Positions 13,639 through 27,400 of a stretch of 64,000 nt of DNA are shown piece by piece (position 1 is the stretch's first letter; each line of letters begins with the position of its first letter). A program made the translations under genes and the position numbers. A model generated the notes under the pieces. The model made no database searches. It was not told the origin of the DNA and saw only the letters and a program-made list of their open reading frames with translations. This stretch comes from Octopus vulgaris (lineage: Eukaryota): positions 101,866,001 through 101,930,000 of the forward strand of contig OX597814.1 in NCBI GenBank assembly GCA_951406725.2. The letters run 5' to 3'.

Positions 13639-15135
13639 TTAAAGGCTTTATTCAACATAAAACCATAAATAACAATATAATACTTCTCCAGAAGTACACA
13701 CAGAACACAGGGCTACATTCCTGATAAAAACTTAGCAAAGTTTGTTAATTGTTGTGAATGGCTTCCTCTATTATAATGAGATTGCATATAACACTAATCA
13801 ACAAAGAAAGTGCTAAACTCAAATCTGGTCTTTCTTTTTATAATAGACTAATTAATTTAGTTCACTGTTTGAGTTGATTCCTTTCTAAGATAATTACAAA
13901 TTCCTTCATGTTAGTAACTAGGAATTAACTGGTTTGACATACATAATTTGTAGCAAATAATTTTCACAGCAAATCTAGTATATGTGTCTTAATGAAGATA
14001 GTATTGCTATACTTGATTAAGAGTCTCTATGTGAAAGATATGTTCAAACAAAGCTTATAAAGGGCTGTCCAACAACTGCAACACTTGCATTCACATAAAT
14101 TGCAAAGCTCATAAGGGTCATTGGGTTTTAGCAGTTGTCTTGAAAGTTTTTTCATGTTATTTCTCTTTCATCATGTATAGTAAATCCATAGCTTATTGTT
14201 TTGTAAGAACAACATTCAAGACTCCATTTTCATGTGTGCCCAGAAGTCAGTGTAGCAAAATACTCATCAACCTTAGAGTACTCCCCCTATTTAGAGCAGT
14301 CCCATACTAAAGAAAATAATAAAGGAAAGAAAGAACCTGTTTGCAGGTAAGCTATTGAAGGAGTTCATATGGTTGCTCAATCATGTAAAAATAACAGCTA
14401 AATCCTCTTCAAATTACAGCCTACTATCTTTAAAAAAAAAAACAGGATACATTGGAAAATATTATCTAAGCACACCTCCCCAAAACAAAACAATGATCAT
14501 TACTAGAAAACATTTGATTACAATTCTGAAATCTACTTAGTGTTGATTTATGTTTGATTAACTACGATAGCAACAAATGTTGCTATCGTAGTTTTGAAAA
14601 CAATGCATCAGTACCTTCATTTCTATAGGCACACAGTAAAATTCCAGTTACAAATTTATACATCAGAGAATCAAGACTTATGGTATTCTACTAATGCTCT
14701 TCAGCAAGGCTTAGAAATTGAACCTTCTTATTTCATTCCCTTCTAATCATAGATCTTCATGAATAAGAAAGAATTCTATTTTGATTATACAGTGTCAGGG
14801 AAAGAAAATTTCTATGTAGTCAGTCAACTTGCTAGAAATAGTAGCTAAATTTCCTTCAAATTCACTCTTGATTTTAAAAATATGTAAAGGATAATTAGAT
14901 AATGTAGTTATCAGTGCACTATACCACAAAAGCAAGAGAAAAGCAAATGGATGCATATAACTGTAACATCTTTGTTGATTTGGGAGCTAAACAACTTTTA
15001 AAATTGATGTTTTAAAAAGTGTCAAAATACTTTACAAAATTTATTCACCATTGAGGGCTTGTATTATTTCCATGGTTTGTTTCGCTTTTTTTTAAAAACA
15101 TTTATATATATATATATATATATATGTAAATGTTG

Positions 15136-15372
15136 CCATGTTGGATCGTTAGCCCCTACACCCAATTTTTTTTCTCCTTGTTTCTCTCCTTGTTTCTTTT
15201 CTGTGTATCTTTCTGTCGAAGAGCGTAGGCTCGAAACGTAAAAGACTTGTTTTATTTCTATTCCTGAGCACAATACTAATACATTATTTGTTTGTACTCC
15301 ACCTGCCTTCGTCTTTTGTTTATTTTCATAAACCTGCCTTCGTCTTTTGTTTATTTTCGCAAACCTTCCCGT
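15136..15372 (+). mobile_element. Dispersed repeat in (TA)n, possibly a Penelope-like terminal fragment; inverted copy at 51379-51560
   Basis: tctgtcgaagagcgtaggctcgaaacgtaaaagac is present at both sites in opposite orientation. Family assignment rests only on the ...gaag...cgaaacgt motif. Confidence 0.5.
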
Positions 15373-15416
<44 letters not shown>

Positions 15417-16475
15417 TGTATAAATGTAGATACTAATTCTTAAACTGCCATATGTAAATACCTGTCACACCAAAATTTGTTGATAAACTAAAGGCATGTA
15501 AATTTTTTCTTTTCAACACATAGCGAAGCTATCTTATCCTGTTTCTCTTCACAGTACCTGTCACGAGTTCTAATCCCATCATTTTCTGCAATTCATTGTT
15601 TACCTTTTCTTTCAGCAAAACTCCACTCATTCATTATAGCATTCTCATTTCCATTCTTTCCATTCTTCCTTCAAGGATCAGAATGTTTGATGTTTATTAC
15701 TTGTGTCTCACCCCCATATATAATAACACTCTTCACATATGCAGTGTACACATTTCTCTTCAGATTCAATGACACATTCTTCCACTCAGTTCTCAGAACT
15801 TCGCCGTCACTGAATCAGATCCATTTGCTCCATTTAACATCTTTCCAGTAAAGCAAAAAATGTCTGGTTTAATTCTTGTAAAAGGCTATCATATATCCAA
15901 CCTCAAAACTGTATTTATATGTATTTATCAACTAATATAGATTGACTTTTAAATATCAGCTGTAAATAATATATAATACATATACACACATACACAGTCT
16001 GTATGTGAATAAGTGTATATTTGTACATACTTTTTTTTATCTTTCAGTAAAGAGGGCAGGCAGTCGCTATGACTTTTCACTGGGCCTCCAAAATGAATGA
16101 GAGGCTAAAAGGGAGACCTGGTCCTAATTCTTACTACAGAGTAAACTTTATTAAAGGAGTCTAAGGTACCAAGAGGTTATTGTTTAACTGGGCAGCTAAA
16201 TAAGTGTACCACTGAAATAGACCATGGTGGAATTCGAAATCAGAGTGCAAACAGTCAGAACAAATATTGCAAGCCATCCAATGTGACTTTCTTATGAGTT
16301 TGGCGGTCTATCTCCTTAAATTGGTACTTTTTGTTTTATCAAGATCAGAGATTTCAAAGGCCCAGTTGACCTCAACAGGATTTGAACTAAGGGTACAGAG
16401 TCAGATCAAAGATTATGAGACATGTTATCCAGTCTTCTTAAGATTCAACCAATTTGCCATCAGTGCCACATTTGC

Positions 16476-16520
<45 letters not shown>

Positions 16521-17807
16521 ATCATCATCATCATCATGTTAAACGTTGATGATGATGATATATATAAAATTATACGTATTCACTCATGCACACACACATG
16601 CATACATATGTATATATAAACGTGGTGATCGTTCCCCTTTCACAGATGATTACCGTCTCTTTGTCCTTCCTTGTTGTCACTTCTGACTTTCTGTCCATGA
16701 CCTCTCGGATAACTATTCAGTTTTATTGCAGATCTGCATGATTTGAAGCATAAGTGACGGATGGAAGTTGCAACTTATTGTGTGCTTTCAACTGATCAGG
16801 TTTGCACACATTGACACTCTTCCATCACCATAGGACTTTCAGTAAAATGGTGTGACAAATGAGGTCACCCTGAAGAAACATCTGCACGTATCATATATGC
16901 ATATACACACACATTCCTGCCTCTCATCAACTAAAATTCTGATTCGTTGTTTGTCTTTTGAGCAGAACCCTCCTCTTATTTTCAGTCAGGCACTACCTCC
17001 TCCTCCTCGACCACCACCACCAAACCACCCACCCACCCTTATTGTTACTCTCATTGTTTTCTCTTATTGTTAGAGTTGACCATGTTTTACATATTTAAAA
17101 CATCTGTTACAATTACTGGCCCCGTTCCTCCACCCACCCTCCCTTATGTTCTATTCAATTCTTATTATTGTTACTTCACACCTTTCTCTCTCTCTTCTCC
17201 TCTCTCATTTTGTTTCCTCTCCCTCTCTACTTTGGTCTGTTCTCTTACCATTTTATTCCTTTCCCCCACTCCTCCTACATATTCCATACATATTATGCTT
17301 TAATCTAATTTTCAAATCATTAACGAGCTCCCCACTTATCAGATTAGCGTTTAGCTTTTTTGTGTATGGTTTTTGGTTTTCTGCCTAAACCCTGTTCTAG
17401 CTTTTGTTTGGTGTCCCCCCACCACCACCACCACCACCTTCACCAGCCTTTCTTCTTTCTTTTTTTTCCTTCCTTCATTAATTTTGTTTGACTAATTTTC
17501 GCCTTTTGATTAGCTAATCATTTCACATAATAGTTATTTTTGTGGTTTGCTTTTATATTTTTAATTATTTCTTATTACATTCCATCCTCACTGATTTGCT
17601 CTTGTTCCCTCTTTCTCTCTCTCTCTCTCTCTTCTCTCCTAATTTTCTTGTTTCATACCACTTTGAAATTAGTGCCAGAGATTTCTGTTTAAGCATGATG
17701 ACTAACTCAGAACACCTGTTAATTTGTCAATTCTTTATTTAAAGTCTAATTTTCTCTGCTTTGAAAGAATTAAACTTTAACTAGGAATCAGGTTTTCTAC
17801 TATAACG

Positions 17808-17888
<81 letters not shown>

Positions 17889-18491
17889 TATTTCAGCTAG
17901 TGAGATTTTTTAAAAAAGGAAAAAAATTTACTCTATTCTTTTTCTTTATATGATTGGGTTTTTTTTTAATATTCTGTTTATATGTGTTTATTTAATTTTA
18001 GCACAGTGTTTTCTTTGTTTCAATAATGTCTTACATTTGATTTTCTATTTTAACTTTGTGGTGTTGATTGACTGGCTCGTTGATTTCAGTATTTAAGTTT
18101 TAGGTTGCCTCCATTATCGCTTATCAAACAGATCGATATTACACGTAGACAATTGATCAAATGAATTTAAATTGCTCATAGATAGGCACAGGTGTGGCTC
18201 TGTGGTTAGGAAGCTTGCTTCCCAACTAGGCCATGTGATCTTGGATTCACTCACACTATGCAACGTTTTGGACAAATATCTTCTACTATAACCCAAAGAT
18301 CAGCTATAATACCAATTTCACAGGTTATAAACTGTTGCTATGCTGCTGAAGAGGTGTTTTAAGCCATTCAAGAACAACTGTTTTCAGCAGATTATTCATA
18401 AAAACCGTCCATTCTTTAATTTATTCAGCAGGACAATGTTAAGACATTTGTTCACATATGTTTGTATGTAAGTATGTATGTGTGTGTATTT

Positions 18492-18526
<35 letters not shown>

Positions 18527-18758
18527 ATGTATAAGTGGGAGATAACTCCTGTCACCCTAACTCCAACACCACCAGATCATGTGGTTTTGATCTGTATTGG
18601 ATCTTTTCAGTTGTAGGTACTCGTTGCCAGGCATAGCAACAGTTTTTTTACCCTTACTTGCAATGTACATAGTGTCATAACTCACTGATTTTGTAACTAG
18701 GAAACTAGTCTTGTTTGTAAAGCTCTGTTTGAGACAGAAGCAGCATATGAACCAAAAC

Positions 18759-19194
18759 GTATTGTGTATGGCCACTTTAATGTGGCTGTTCTCTAAGAGA
18801 TGACGATACTGCCATTTTAACTCCAAAAATACATCTTCAGTTGGTTTATACAGTGTGCTTCTGGTACTCAATATTTATTGCAAGTGGGAGAGAGTTTCTT
18901 ATTTGCAAGATCAATGATTGCAGGACACTGTTTTCTACGTATTGCCAGCAAGGTTAAACTGCTGCCATACCTGGCAACAAGTGACCACCACCAAGAAGAT
19001 CCCATACATATCAAAACTACATGGTCTGGTGGTCTTGGAGCTAGGGTGGCCGGAGTTATCACTTGCTTGCTATAATTATTGAGTGCGAGAAGTTCACTGA
19101 ATAAACCATCTGGAGGAGGTGTCTTCCTGGAGTTAAAATGGCAGTATTGTTGTCTCTTAGAGGACAGCCACATTAAAGTGACCATAAACAATAC
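18759..19194. mobile_element. MITE-like element with ~100-bp imperfect TIRs
   Basis: 18759-18862 is the imperfect reverse complement of 19087-19194. Confidence 0.65.
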
Positions 19195-19372
19195 ATTTAC
19201 GTATATATATAAAGGTATAGGCACAGATATGTGGTAAGAAGCTTGCTTCCTAATCACATGGTTCTGGGTTCAATCCCACTGCGTGACACCTTAGGCAAGT
19301 GTCTTCCACTATAGCCTCGATCCAACCAAAGCTTTATGAGTAGATTTTGGAGGCAGAAACTGAAAGATACCC

Positions 19373-19425
<53 letters not shown>

Positions 19426-19514
19426 CATTTGTCCCACCACCATTTGACAACTAGTGTTGGTGTGTTTATGTTCCTGTAACTTAGCGGTTATGCAAAAGAG
19501 ATCAATTTAATAAG

Positions 19515-20052
19515 TATTGGGTCATCACATAAATAATGTGGTTTTTTTCATTTGAATGAACTGAAAGTTGGAGGGGGATGGGATAAACTACTTGCAACAC
19601 CTTACTATAAAACCAGGTAGTAGTTTTACTTTGACCTTATTCTTAGTGCAAGTTTTCAAGAGTGCAATTCGATTTTAACAGTTATTTTTTGAAGCTATAA
19701 TAGAAGTGTCAAAGAAGCATATTTGGCATAGTTTGTTTTATGAGTTCAGTAAAGGAAACAATGCAAAGGAAAGTGCTAATGCAGTGTAAGGGGTTAGGTC
19801 AATAAGCGTGAGCCTGTGTCAACGATGGTTCTAGAAATTCCAAGCTGGAAACTACAGCCTAGAAGACGAGCCTCATCCTGAAAGATCTGTAGAGCTTGAT
19901 GAGGATGTCCTGCAAACCCTGGTGGAACAAAATTCCATAGTAACTGTTGAGGAACTAGCAGAGAAACTTGGATTTAGTCATTCAACCATTCATCAACACC
20001 TGTATGCCATTGGAAAAGTCAACAAATTGGTTCAATGGGTTCCTCACAAACT
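19515..20052 (+). mobile_element. 5' fragment of a mariner transposon (TIR plus HTH region), truncated at WVPHKL
   Basis: TA-TTGGGT... left end; decayed coding sequence EVSKKHIWHSLFYEFSKGNNA...WF*KFQAGNYSLEDEPHPERSVELDEDVLQTLVEQNSIVTVEELAEKLG...GSWVPHKL-like motif. Confidence 0.8.
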
Positions 20053-20743
20053 GCGTGGTACCTTGGGCAAGTGTCTTCTACTATAGCCTCAGGCCGACCA
20101 ATGCCTTGTGGGTGGATTTGGTAGACGGAAACTGAAAGAAGCCCGTCGTATATTTGTACATATACATACACACATGTGTATATATATATATACATACACA
20201 TCCATTCATGTGAATGCAGAAACAAAAGAAAAGGGTACTCAACATATCAAGTACAAGTTACATGTATTATTATTTAAAACATTTTGATTTGGCTGTATGC
20301 AACTTACTATTCTCCTGGCTTGCAACAGAAACCTGTCTTGTTTGGGCTTAAATTATCAAATGAAAGAACACAGGAAGCTCAAGATGGGTAGTGAAAAATG
20401 ATATCCACTTCTACCTTGGCTAGTTATATTAAGTATTGACCATTTAAGGGCTTTTTTTGCTCACATCTTACCATGCTATTTTCTGGCCCCATTTAAGTTT
20501 TTAGTTACTTTTTTTACTCTTTTATTTGTTTCAGTCGTTTGAATGCACCCATGCTGGAGCACCGCCTTTAGTCAAACAAATCAACCCTAGGACTTATTCT
20601 TTGTACGCCTAGTACTTAGTCTATCAGTGTCTTTTCGCCAAACCGCTAAGTTACAGAGGACGTAAACACGCCAACATCGGCTGTCAGACGATGGTGGGGA
20701 AACAACACAGATACACAAACATAACACATACGCACACATATAC

Positions 20744-23310
20744 ATCATCATCATCATCATCATCATCATCATTTAGCGTCCGCTTTCCATGCTAGCATGG
20801 GTTGGACGGTTCAACTGGGGTCTGGGAAGCCAGAAGGCTGCATCAGGTCCAGTCTGATCTGGCAGTGTTTCTATGGCTGGATGCCCTTCCTAACACCAAC
20901 CACTCCGTGAGTGTAGTGGGTGCTTTTTACGTGCCACCCACACAGGTGCCAGACGGGGCTGGCAAACGGCCACGGACGGATGGTGCTTTTTACGTGCCAC
21001 CAGCATGGGGGCCAAGCGAGGCTGGCAATGGCCACGAACGGATGGTGCTTTTTACATGCCCCCAGCACGGAGGCTAATCGGGGCCAGGCGCTGGCAACGG
21101 TCACGATCGGATGGTTCGCTTACTTGTCACCGGCACTGGTATCACAGCTGCAATTTCCATTGATGTTGATCGACTTCGATTTTGGTTCTGCTTTCTGATA
21201 TCTGATTTGATTTGATTTGATTTGGTTTTCACTTGTCTCAATGGGTCTTCACAAGTGGAGTTTTGTGTCCCAAGAAGGAAAGGTATGTATAAGTCTCTTG
21301 CACACCACAACTGATGCTTCTTAGGTCCAACTTTTCTCTCAAGGTACTTACACTCTGTCGAGTATGAATACTGATATTACACATCCATCGGAGCATACTG
21401 GCTTCATTTCTTGCAAGCTTATGCATATCCTCAGCAGTCACAGCCCATGTTTCACTACCATGTAGCATGGCTGTTCGTACACATGCATCATACAGTCTGC
21501 CTTTTACTCTGAGCGAGAGGCCTTTTGTCACCAGCAGGGGTAAGAGCTCTCTGAACTTTGCCCAGGCTATTCTTACTCTAGCAGTTACACTTTCAGCACA
21601 CCCACCCCCGATTTGATTTGATTTGATTTGGTCACCTAGGTAGTGGAAGCTATCAACTACTTCTAGTTTTTCTCCCTGGAATGTGGTAGAAGTTGGTCTC
21701 TGCACATTTTCAGTGTTTATTGCTCCTAAGCATCTGCCACAAACAAAAACTATTTTCCTAGTTAGCCTTCCTTTGACATTGCTGCACCTCTTATGTGTCC
21801 ATAGCTTACACTTGGTGCATCTTATAGAGTTTCTACCTACACCTTTTCTACAGATCGAGCAGGGCCATCTACCTGAAGGCGTTTGTGATTGGTCTACCTT
21901 CCTACTTATTAGGACTTTGGTTTTGGCTAGGTTGATTCTAAGGCCCTTCGATTCTAATCCTTGCTTCCACACCTGAAACTTCTCCTCCAGTTCTGATAGT
22001 GACTCAGCAGTTAGAGCAAGGTCATCAGCATAGAGGAGCTCCCAGGGGCATCCTGTCTTGAATTCCTCCGTTATTGCCTGGAGGACTATGATAAATAGGA
22101 GGGGACTGAGGACTGAACCTTGATGGACCCCAACCTCTACCCAGAATTCTTCACTGTACTCGTTGCCAACCCTCACCTTACTAGCAGCGTCTCTGTACAT
22201 GGCTCGCATAGCTCTCACTAACCATTCATCTATCCCTAGTTTCCTCATTGACCACCAGATAAGGGATCGGGGGACCCTGTCGAAGGCTTTCTCCATGCCA
22301 ACAAAAGCCAGGTACAGGGGCTTATCTTTGGCTAGGTATTTCTCCTGCAGCTGTCTTACCAGGAATATAGCATCAGTAGTACTTTTCCCTGGCACGAACC
22401 CAAACTGCATCTCATCTAACTCTCTCTCTAATTAGTTGGGCTATAACCGTCTCCGTAACCTTCATTACCTGATCCAGCAGCTTGATACCCCTGTAGTTAT
22501 TTGTATCTAGGGCGTCACCTTTACCTTTGTAGTAGTTGACTATTATGCTGCTACACCAGTCATTGGGAATGACTCCTTCGTGTATCACCTGGTTAACTAT
22601 ACGGGTGACTAGGCTATAGCCGACACTACCAGATATTTTGAGCATCTCTGCAGTAATTCCTGATGGGCCTGGGGCTTTCCCTGTTTGTAATTGCCTTAAC
22701 TACTAAGGAACTGTCAACTTGGATTGCTGGTCCCTCTGTTGGGTTAACAGACTCTCTTTATCCCATTCATTTTCCTTATTCAGCAACCTTTCATAGTGGC
22801 GTCTCCAAACCTCCCTATTTGCATCCTCATTTAGCGCAAGTGAACCATCATCCTTGTGAACACATTTCTCTCCTACCATGTCACGATTCTCTCTCACACA
22901 CTGTCTTGCAACACGAAATACCTCAAGTCTTTCATCCTCACAGCGCAGAACATTGGCAAATTTTTTCTTAACTGCTTCCCCTCTGGCTAAATATACCTGC
23001 TTCCTAGCTTCCCTTCTGGCAGTCTGATACACTTCCCTGCTACCACCGTTCTTCCAGTCCTTCCAAGCCTGTTTCTTTTGTCTAATAGCCCTGTCAACAA
23101 TATTGTTCCACCACCACGTTATTTTGGATCTTGAGGGGACTTTGCACCAACCACAGATCTGGTCAGTGGCTCTCAGCAGGTTGTCCCTTAGAGGCCTCCA
23201 GTTGTCTTCTACCCCATGTGAAGCTATACCCCCTTCTATTTCGTCAAAGGCTTCAAGTAATATGTCTCTAAATTTCTGTCCATTCGCAGGATCTTTAAGC
23301 TTCCAAGCTA
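20744..23310 (-). mobile_element. 5'-truncated RTE-clade LINE with near-intact RT domain, frameshifted; nested in a family-A SINE
   Basis: ORFs 22703-23310, 22412-22645 and 21238-22410 carry YRGIKLL, QFGFVPGKST, KAFDRV, VHQGSVLSPLLF, LYADDL and FHYLG. The 3' UTR ends in (GAT)n at 20744-20772. Host SINE halves lie at 20510-20740 and 23330-23552. Confidence 0.95.
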
Positions 23311-23335
23311 TATATAGGTTTAAGCTATATATATG

Positions 23336-23377
<42 letters not shown>

Positions 23378-24499
23378 CACTCACACACACAACAGGCTTC
23401 TTTCAGTTTCCATCTACCAACTCCTCCTCACAAGGCTTTGATTGGTCCGAGGCTATAGTAGATGTTTGCCCAAGGTGCCACACAGTGGGACTGAACCCAG
23501 AACCATGTGGTTTGGTAAGCAGGCTACTTACCACACAGCCACTCCTGTGCCTGTTATTTGTTCACATTCAGATTGTTGTCTATTACTTCAGCTAGTACTT
23601 CACATTTGTTGTATTTCCTGAATACAGAAAACATGCTCACATTTTGTTCCAATGAGATATTTTTGTCATTGTATGCAAATTATTTTAATTGCAGGAGATT
23701 CTTAATTCCCAATATTCATTACCAATATTCATTAGTAAATATAATTTTTCTTATGTTGACTTTAAGACAGTGTATTTTAGATGCAGAAATTATTTTTATT
23801 CTTTCTGATCAAGTCTTACTTAACTTTCAGTTGAAGATTTTAAATCGTTAACAGCTTATTACTGAAGCAGCTAGAATATTGATTCTTATTATCTTACATT
23901 AAGTACAATTTTATTTAACTAATGCATCTATAATATTCCTTCATAACCTTTCTTTCAGTTTTGTTTAGTACTTTGTCTAGTTCATTAATTCTTAATTATC
24001 TCTGTCAGTCTTTGGTTTAATTATCTTATCTCTGTGCTTTATCTCACATATAATTTTTTTTTTTTTTTAATTAACTTTCTTCTCAGCAGCTACCTTAAAT
24101 GTACTTTTTACAAATTGAATTTCATATCAATTTTGTGGCAGAATTTGTTTATTTTTATGTAACGGCTGCTTGCTATCTGTAGCATACAACTTGAGGTGAC
24201 CCATATACAAAACCTTTGTATTGTTCTTCATTGTTATTATTTTTATTTATATATCTAGAAACACAAGATAGGAGAGACAGTTAAGCATTAAATCAAAATG
24301 TGTTTACTATTTACTTTCAGCCTCTGACATATTGCCAATGTCAACTTTTCCTGTTGTTCCTTTATAATTTAAACAATTAATGAGTTTTATTCAATCAGCT
24401 GTATTCTCTTGCTACAAGATTTCATCTCATGTCTAATCAAAACATTGTCATTTTTGTTATCATATCCAGCTTGACATTTCATCATCTTTATCATATTGC

Positions 24500-27400
24500 A
24501 TTTTGTTTTTCCATAGTTCGTTATCCCTTATTTCAGCCCCTATTGATGAGGTTCATCCTGTTAAGATCAGCTAATTCTTCTTTTGTCTTTTTCAATCTTA
24601 TTCCAGAGGCTCCTTCTCCACAGAGCACTTGGTATTTCTTTATTCAACTGTCATTCTTAATGGGCATCACATGTCTATACTAGTACAGTTTATCTGATTC
24701 TTCTTGTACTTAGTTTTTCTCATCTCATTTGTTCATTCTTTATGTGCATAAATATTATGAAATCAGTGGAGAATAGTTGCTTCACTTCTTTCTAGCTTTT
24801 GCACTCACTTTATATCCTGTATCATTGTTGAACTACCCGTACAGTATCACACTTCATATGCCAGCCTCATACGATCTATCTTTCACTCAGAGAGTGAGTT
24901 CGTTTGCTGCCAGCAGAACCAATGCTCCTTTGGACTTTTTCCATTCTATTTTCACTTTTGATACCATGCTTTCAGATTATCTACCACCACTATTGATAAG
25001 GTCACTATGGCAACAAAAACTGTCAAAAGAGCCTTCTGGTTATTTGAAGAAACTTGTTTCACTCACTGCAAACTATCTCTGTTCACCTGTTATATACAAA
25101 GTCCTTTTCTATCAGACCATGCATGATTCTGTTGCATTTCTTTTACACCCATAGCCTACACACTGAAGAATTCATATTTAAAATTTTTCTACATATCAAG
25201 CATGACTATTTTATGGATTGCAGTAAAGTTCTATATTCTTTCCTTGAACCCCTTGCCTGGCAATGGCAAGATATCTCGTTTTTGACCTTTTTCAGAGTTG
25301 GACGAAATACCTCATCCAAAAGTTATTCTCTCAAATAATGGCTGGGACATAATATCTCATCTAACTCAACTCTACAGCACTTTCCAGTATGTTTGTCCCA
25401 ATCATGCATCTGGCAGTGCATCACACCATTCATGCTCTCACTTTAGCCAAGTGATTCATGTCTCACATCATTGCACTTACCAGTCAGTCATCATTAGCAC
25501 ACACATACATGTATATGTTTGCTCATTCTAAGGACACATTTTGCATTTTTGCTTTTATTTTTAAAATGAGCAGCGACAGTGAAATTGATGATGTGGATTT
25601 TGCTAATCTGGACTCCTCAGATTCTAGTGCAAGTGAATAGGATCCAGAAGTTACTGTCCCAAATGATGATGATGATAATAATAATAATGATGATTCCTTG
25701 CTTGCTGCCAGACAATGGTATCAGCTTCCTGTTGGAGATAATCTTGCACCTGCTTCTCTACTATTTCCTTTTGTTGGAGACCCAGTAATATCAATTGATG
25801 GTGATGTATCAGAAATGACTCCTCTTGATTTATTTCCCTTTATTTTGATGATGATTTAGTTGATTTTGTGTGCAGTGAGATAGATTTGCACAACAAACTT
25901 CACCTAACGATAAGAATCGGCACCCTGTTACAGTTAGAGAGATGCATTTATTTTTTGCTGTGAACATGCTTGGAAGTATAATAAATGCACCAGATTTGGA
26001 AATGCAGTGATCAAAGCATCCTCTTCTTGAACAGCCAATTTATGCAACTATCATGTCCCTGAAGCGATTTTGTAAGATTAAACAATATCTACATTTTCTT
26101 GATAATCACTCTTATGACAAAACAAGTCACCCACATCCTAAGTTGCATAAAATATATGATATATACTCTAAGCTACAAGAGAAGTTCCAGAGTTTGTACA
26201 CTCCAAAACGAGACAATTCTGTTGATGAAAGCCTCATTTTATACAAAGGCAGATTGGGTTGGATTCAATATTTATCCTTGAAGAGGAATAGATTTGGAGT
26301 TAAATATTTCATGTTATGTGAATCTGACTCTGGCTATGTGTGCAAATTTATGATTTATTGTGGAAAGGGAACCCAAAATGGCAACAAGTATCAAGAACTT
26401 ACCATGGCACCATGAATAGTGATGAATCTCATGGAACCTTTGCTGAGAAAAGGATATTGCCTAACTGTGGACAATTTTTATGCTTATCCAGAACTAGCTG
26501 ATATTTTAGTAGCTAATTACACAGAATTTCCAGGAGCAATATGAGTCACAAGAAAGGATTTTCCAAAAGAAATCAAGCAAGCAAAGCTAAAAATAAGGTG
26601 AAATTTGTGCTTTTCAAAGAGGAAAGGTGATGGCACTAAAATGGAAGGATAAAAAAGATGTTACTATGATCTCTACCATTCATAATCCATCTATGATAGA
26701 TGTAAGCTTTCCAAGGAAACAGATAATAAAGCCACAAGTGGTTTATGATTACAACTTCACTATGGGTTGAGTTGACAAACTTGACCAACATTTGGTTGAT
26801 TACCCCTGAAAATGTGGAAGGAGATATTACAAGGTGTTTTTTCACATGATAGACTTGGCAGTGTGGAATTCATAGATACTTTATAAAGAATCATTGACAC
26901 AAATGAGACACAGCAAGAATCATTGATACAAATGAGTCACAGCAAAACCAATGTCTGATATGAAATATAGACTTGAACTTATTGATTCCCTCTTCAAAGA
27001 AAATTATTTTGATGTTCCTTGTTGAGAAGCTGGAAGACCATCTTCATCTCACCTTACTCAGTACTCATATGGACATTTTCCCATGGATATTCCTCCTAGA
27101 GAAAAGGGGAAATTTCCCTCAAGAAAGTGTGTGCAATGTGCGAGGAAAAAAACAGGATGCCTATGGAAAACCAGTTCGCAAAGAATCCCATTATATGTGT
27201 AAAATTTTCAAAGTTCCATTATATGATACTCCAGGTTTTGAAGCATTTTATTCAAAGTAGCCATGTAATGAAAGAGAAGTACTACAAGTAAAGCGAGTAA
27301 TGTTTCTTTACTTTTATTTTATCCCTTTCTTTTATTTAATACACTCTTTCCAATTTTTTCCCATTTAATTTTTTGTTTTTTACAGAAGCTGAGATATCTC

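Noticed and set aside
14341-14352. TTGCAG|GTAAGC as a zero-length recursive splice site
   Set aside because: Upstream sequence is purine-rich with several AGs, so it is a poor acceptor; kept only as a possible donor.
18090-18103. Acceptor after an AG-free zone, with GTTGCC donor
   Set aside because: Very weak donor, 14 nt, no in-frame partner or homology.
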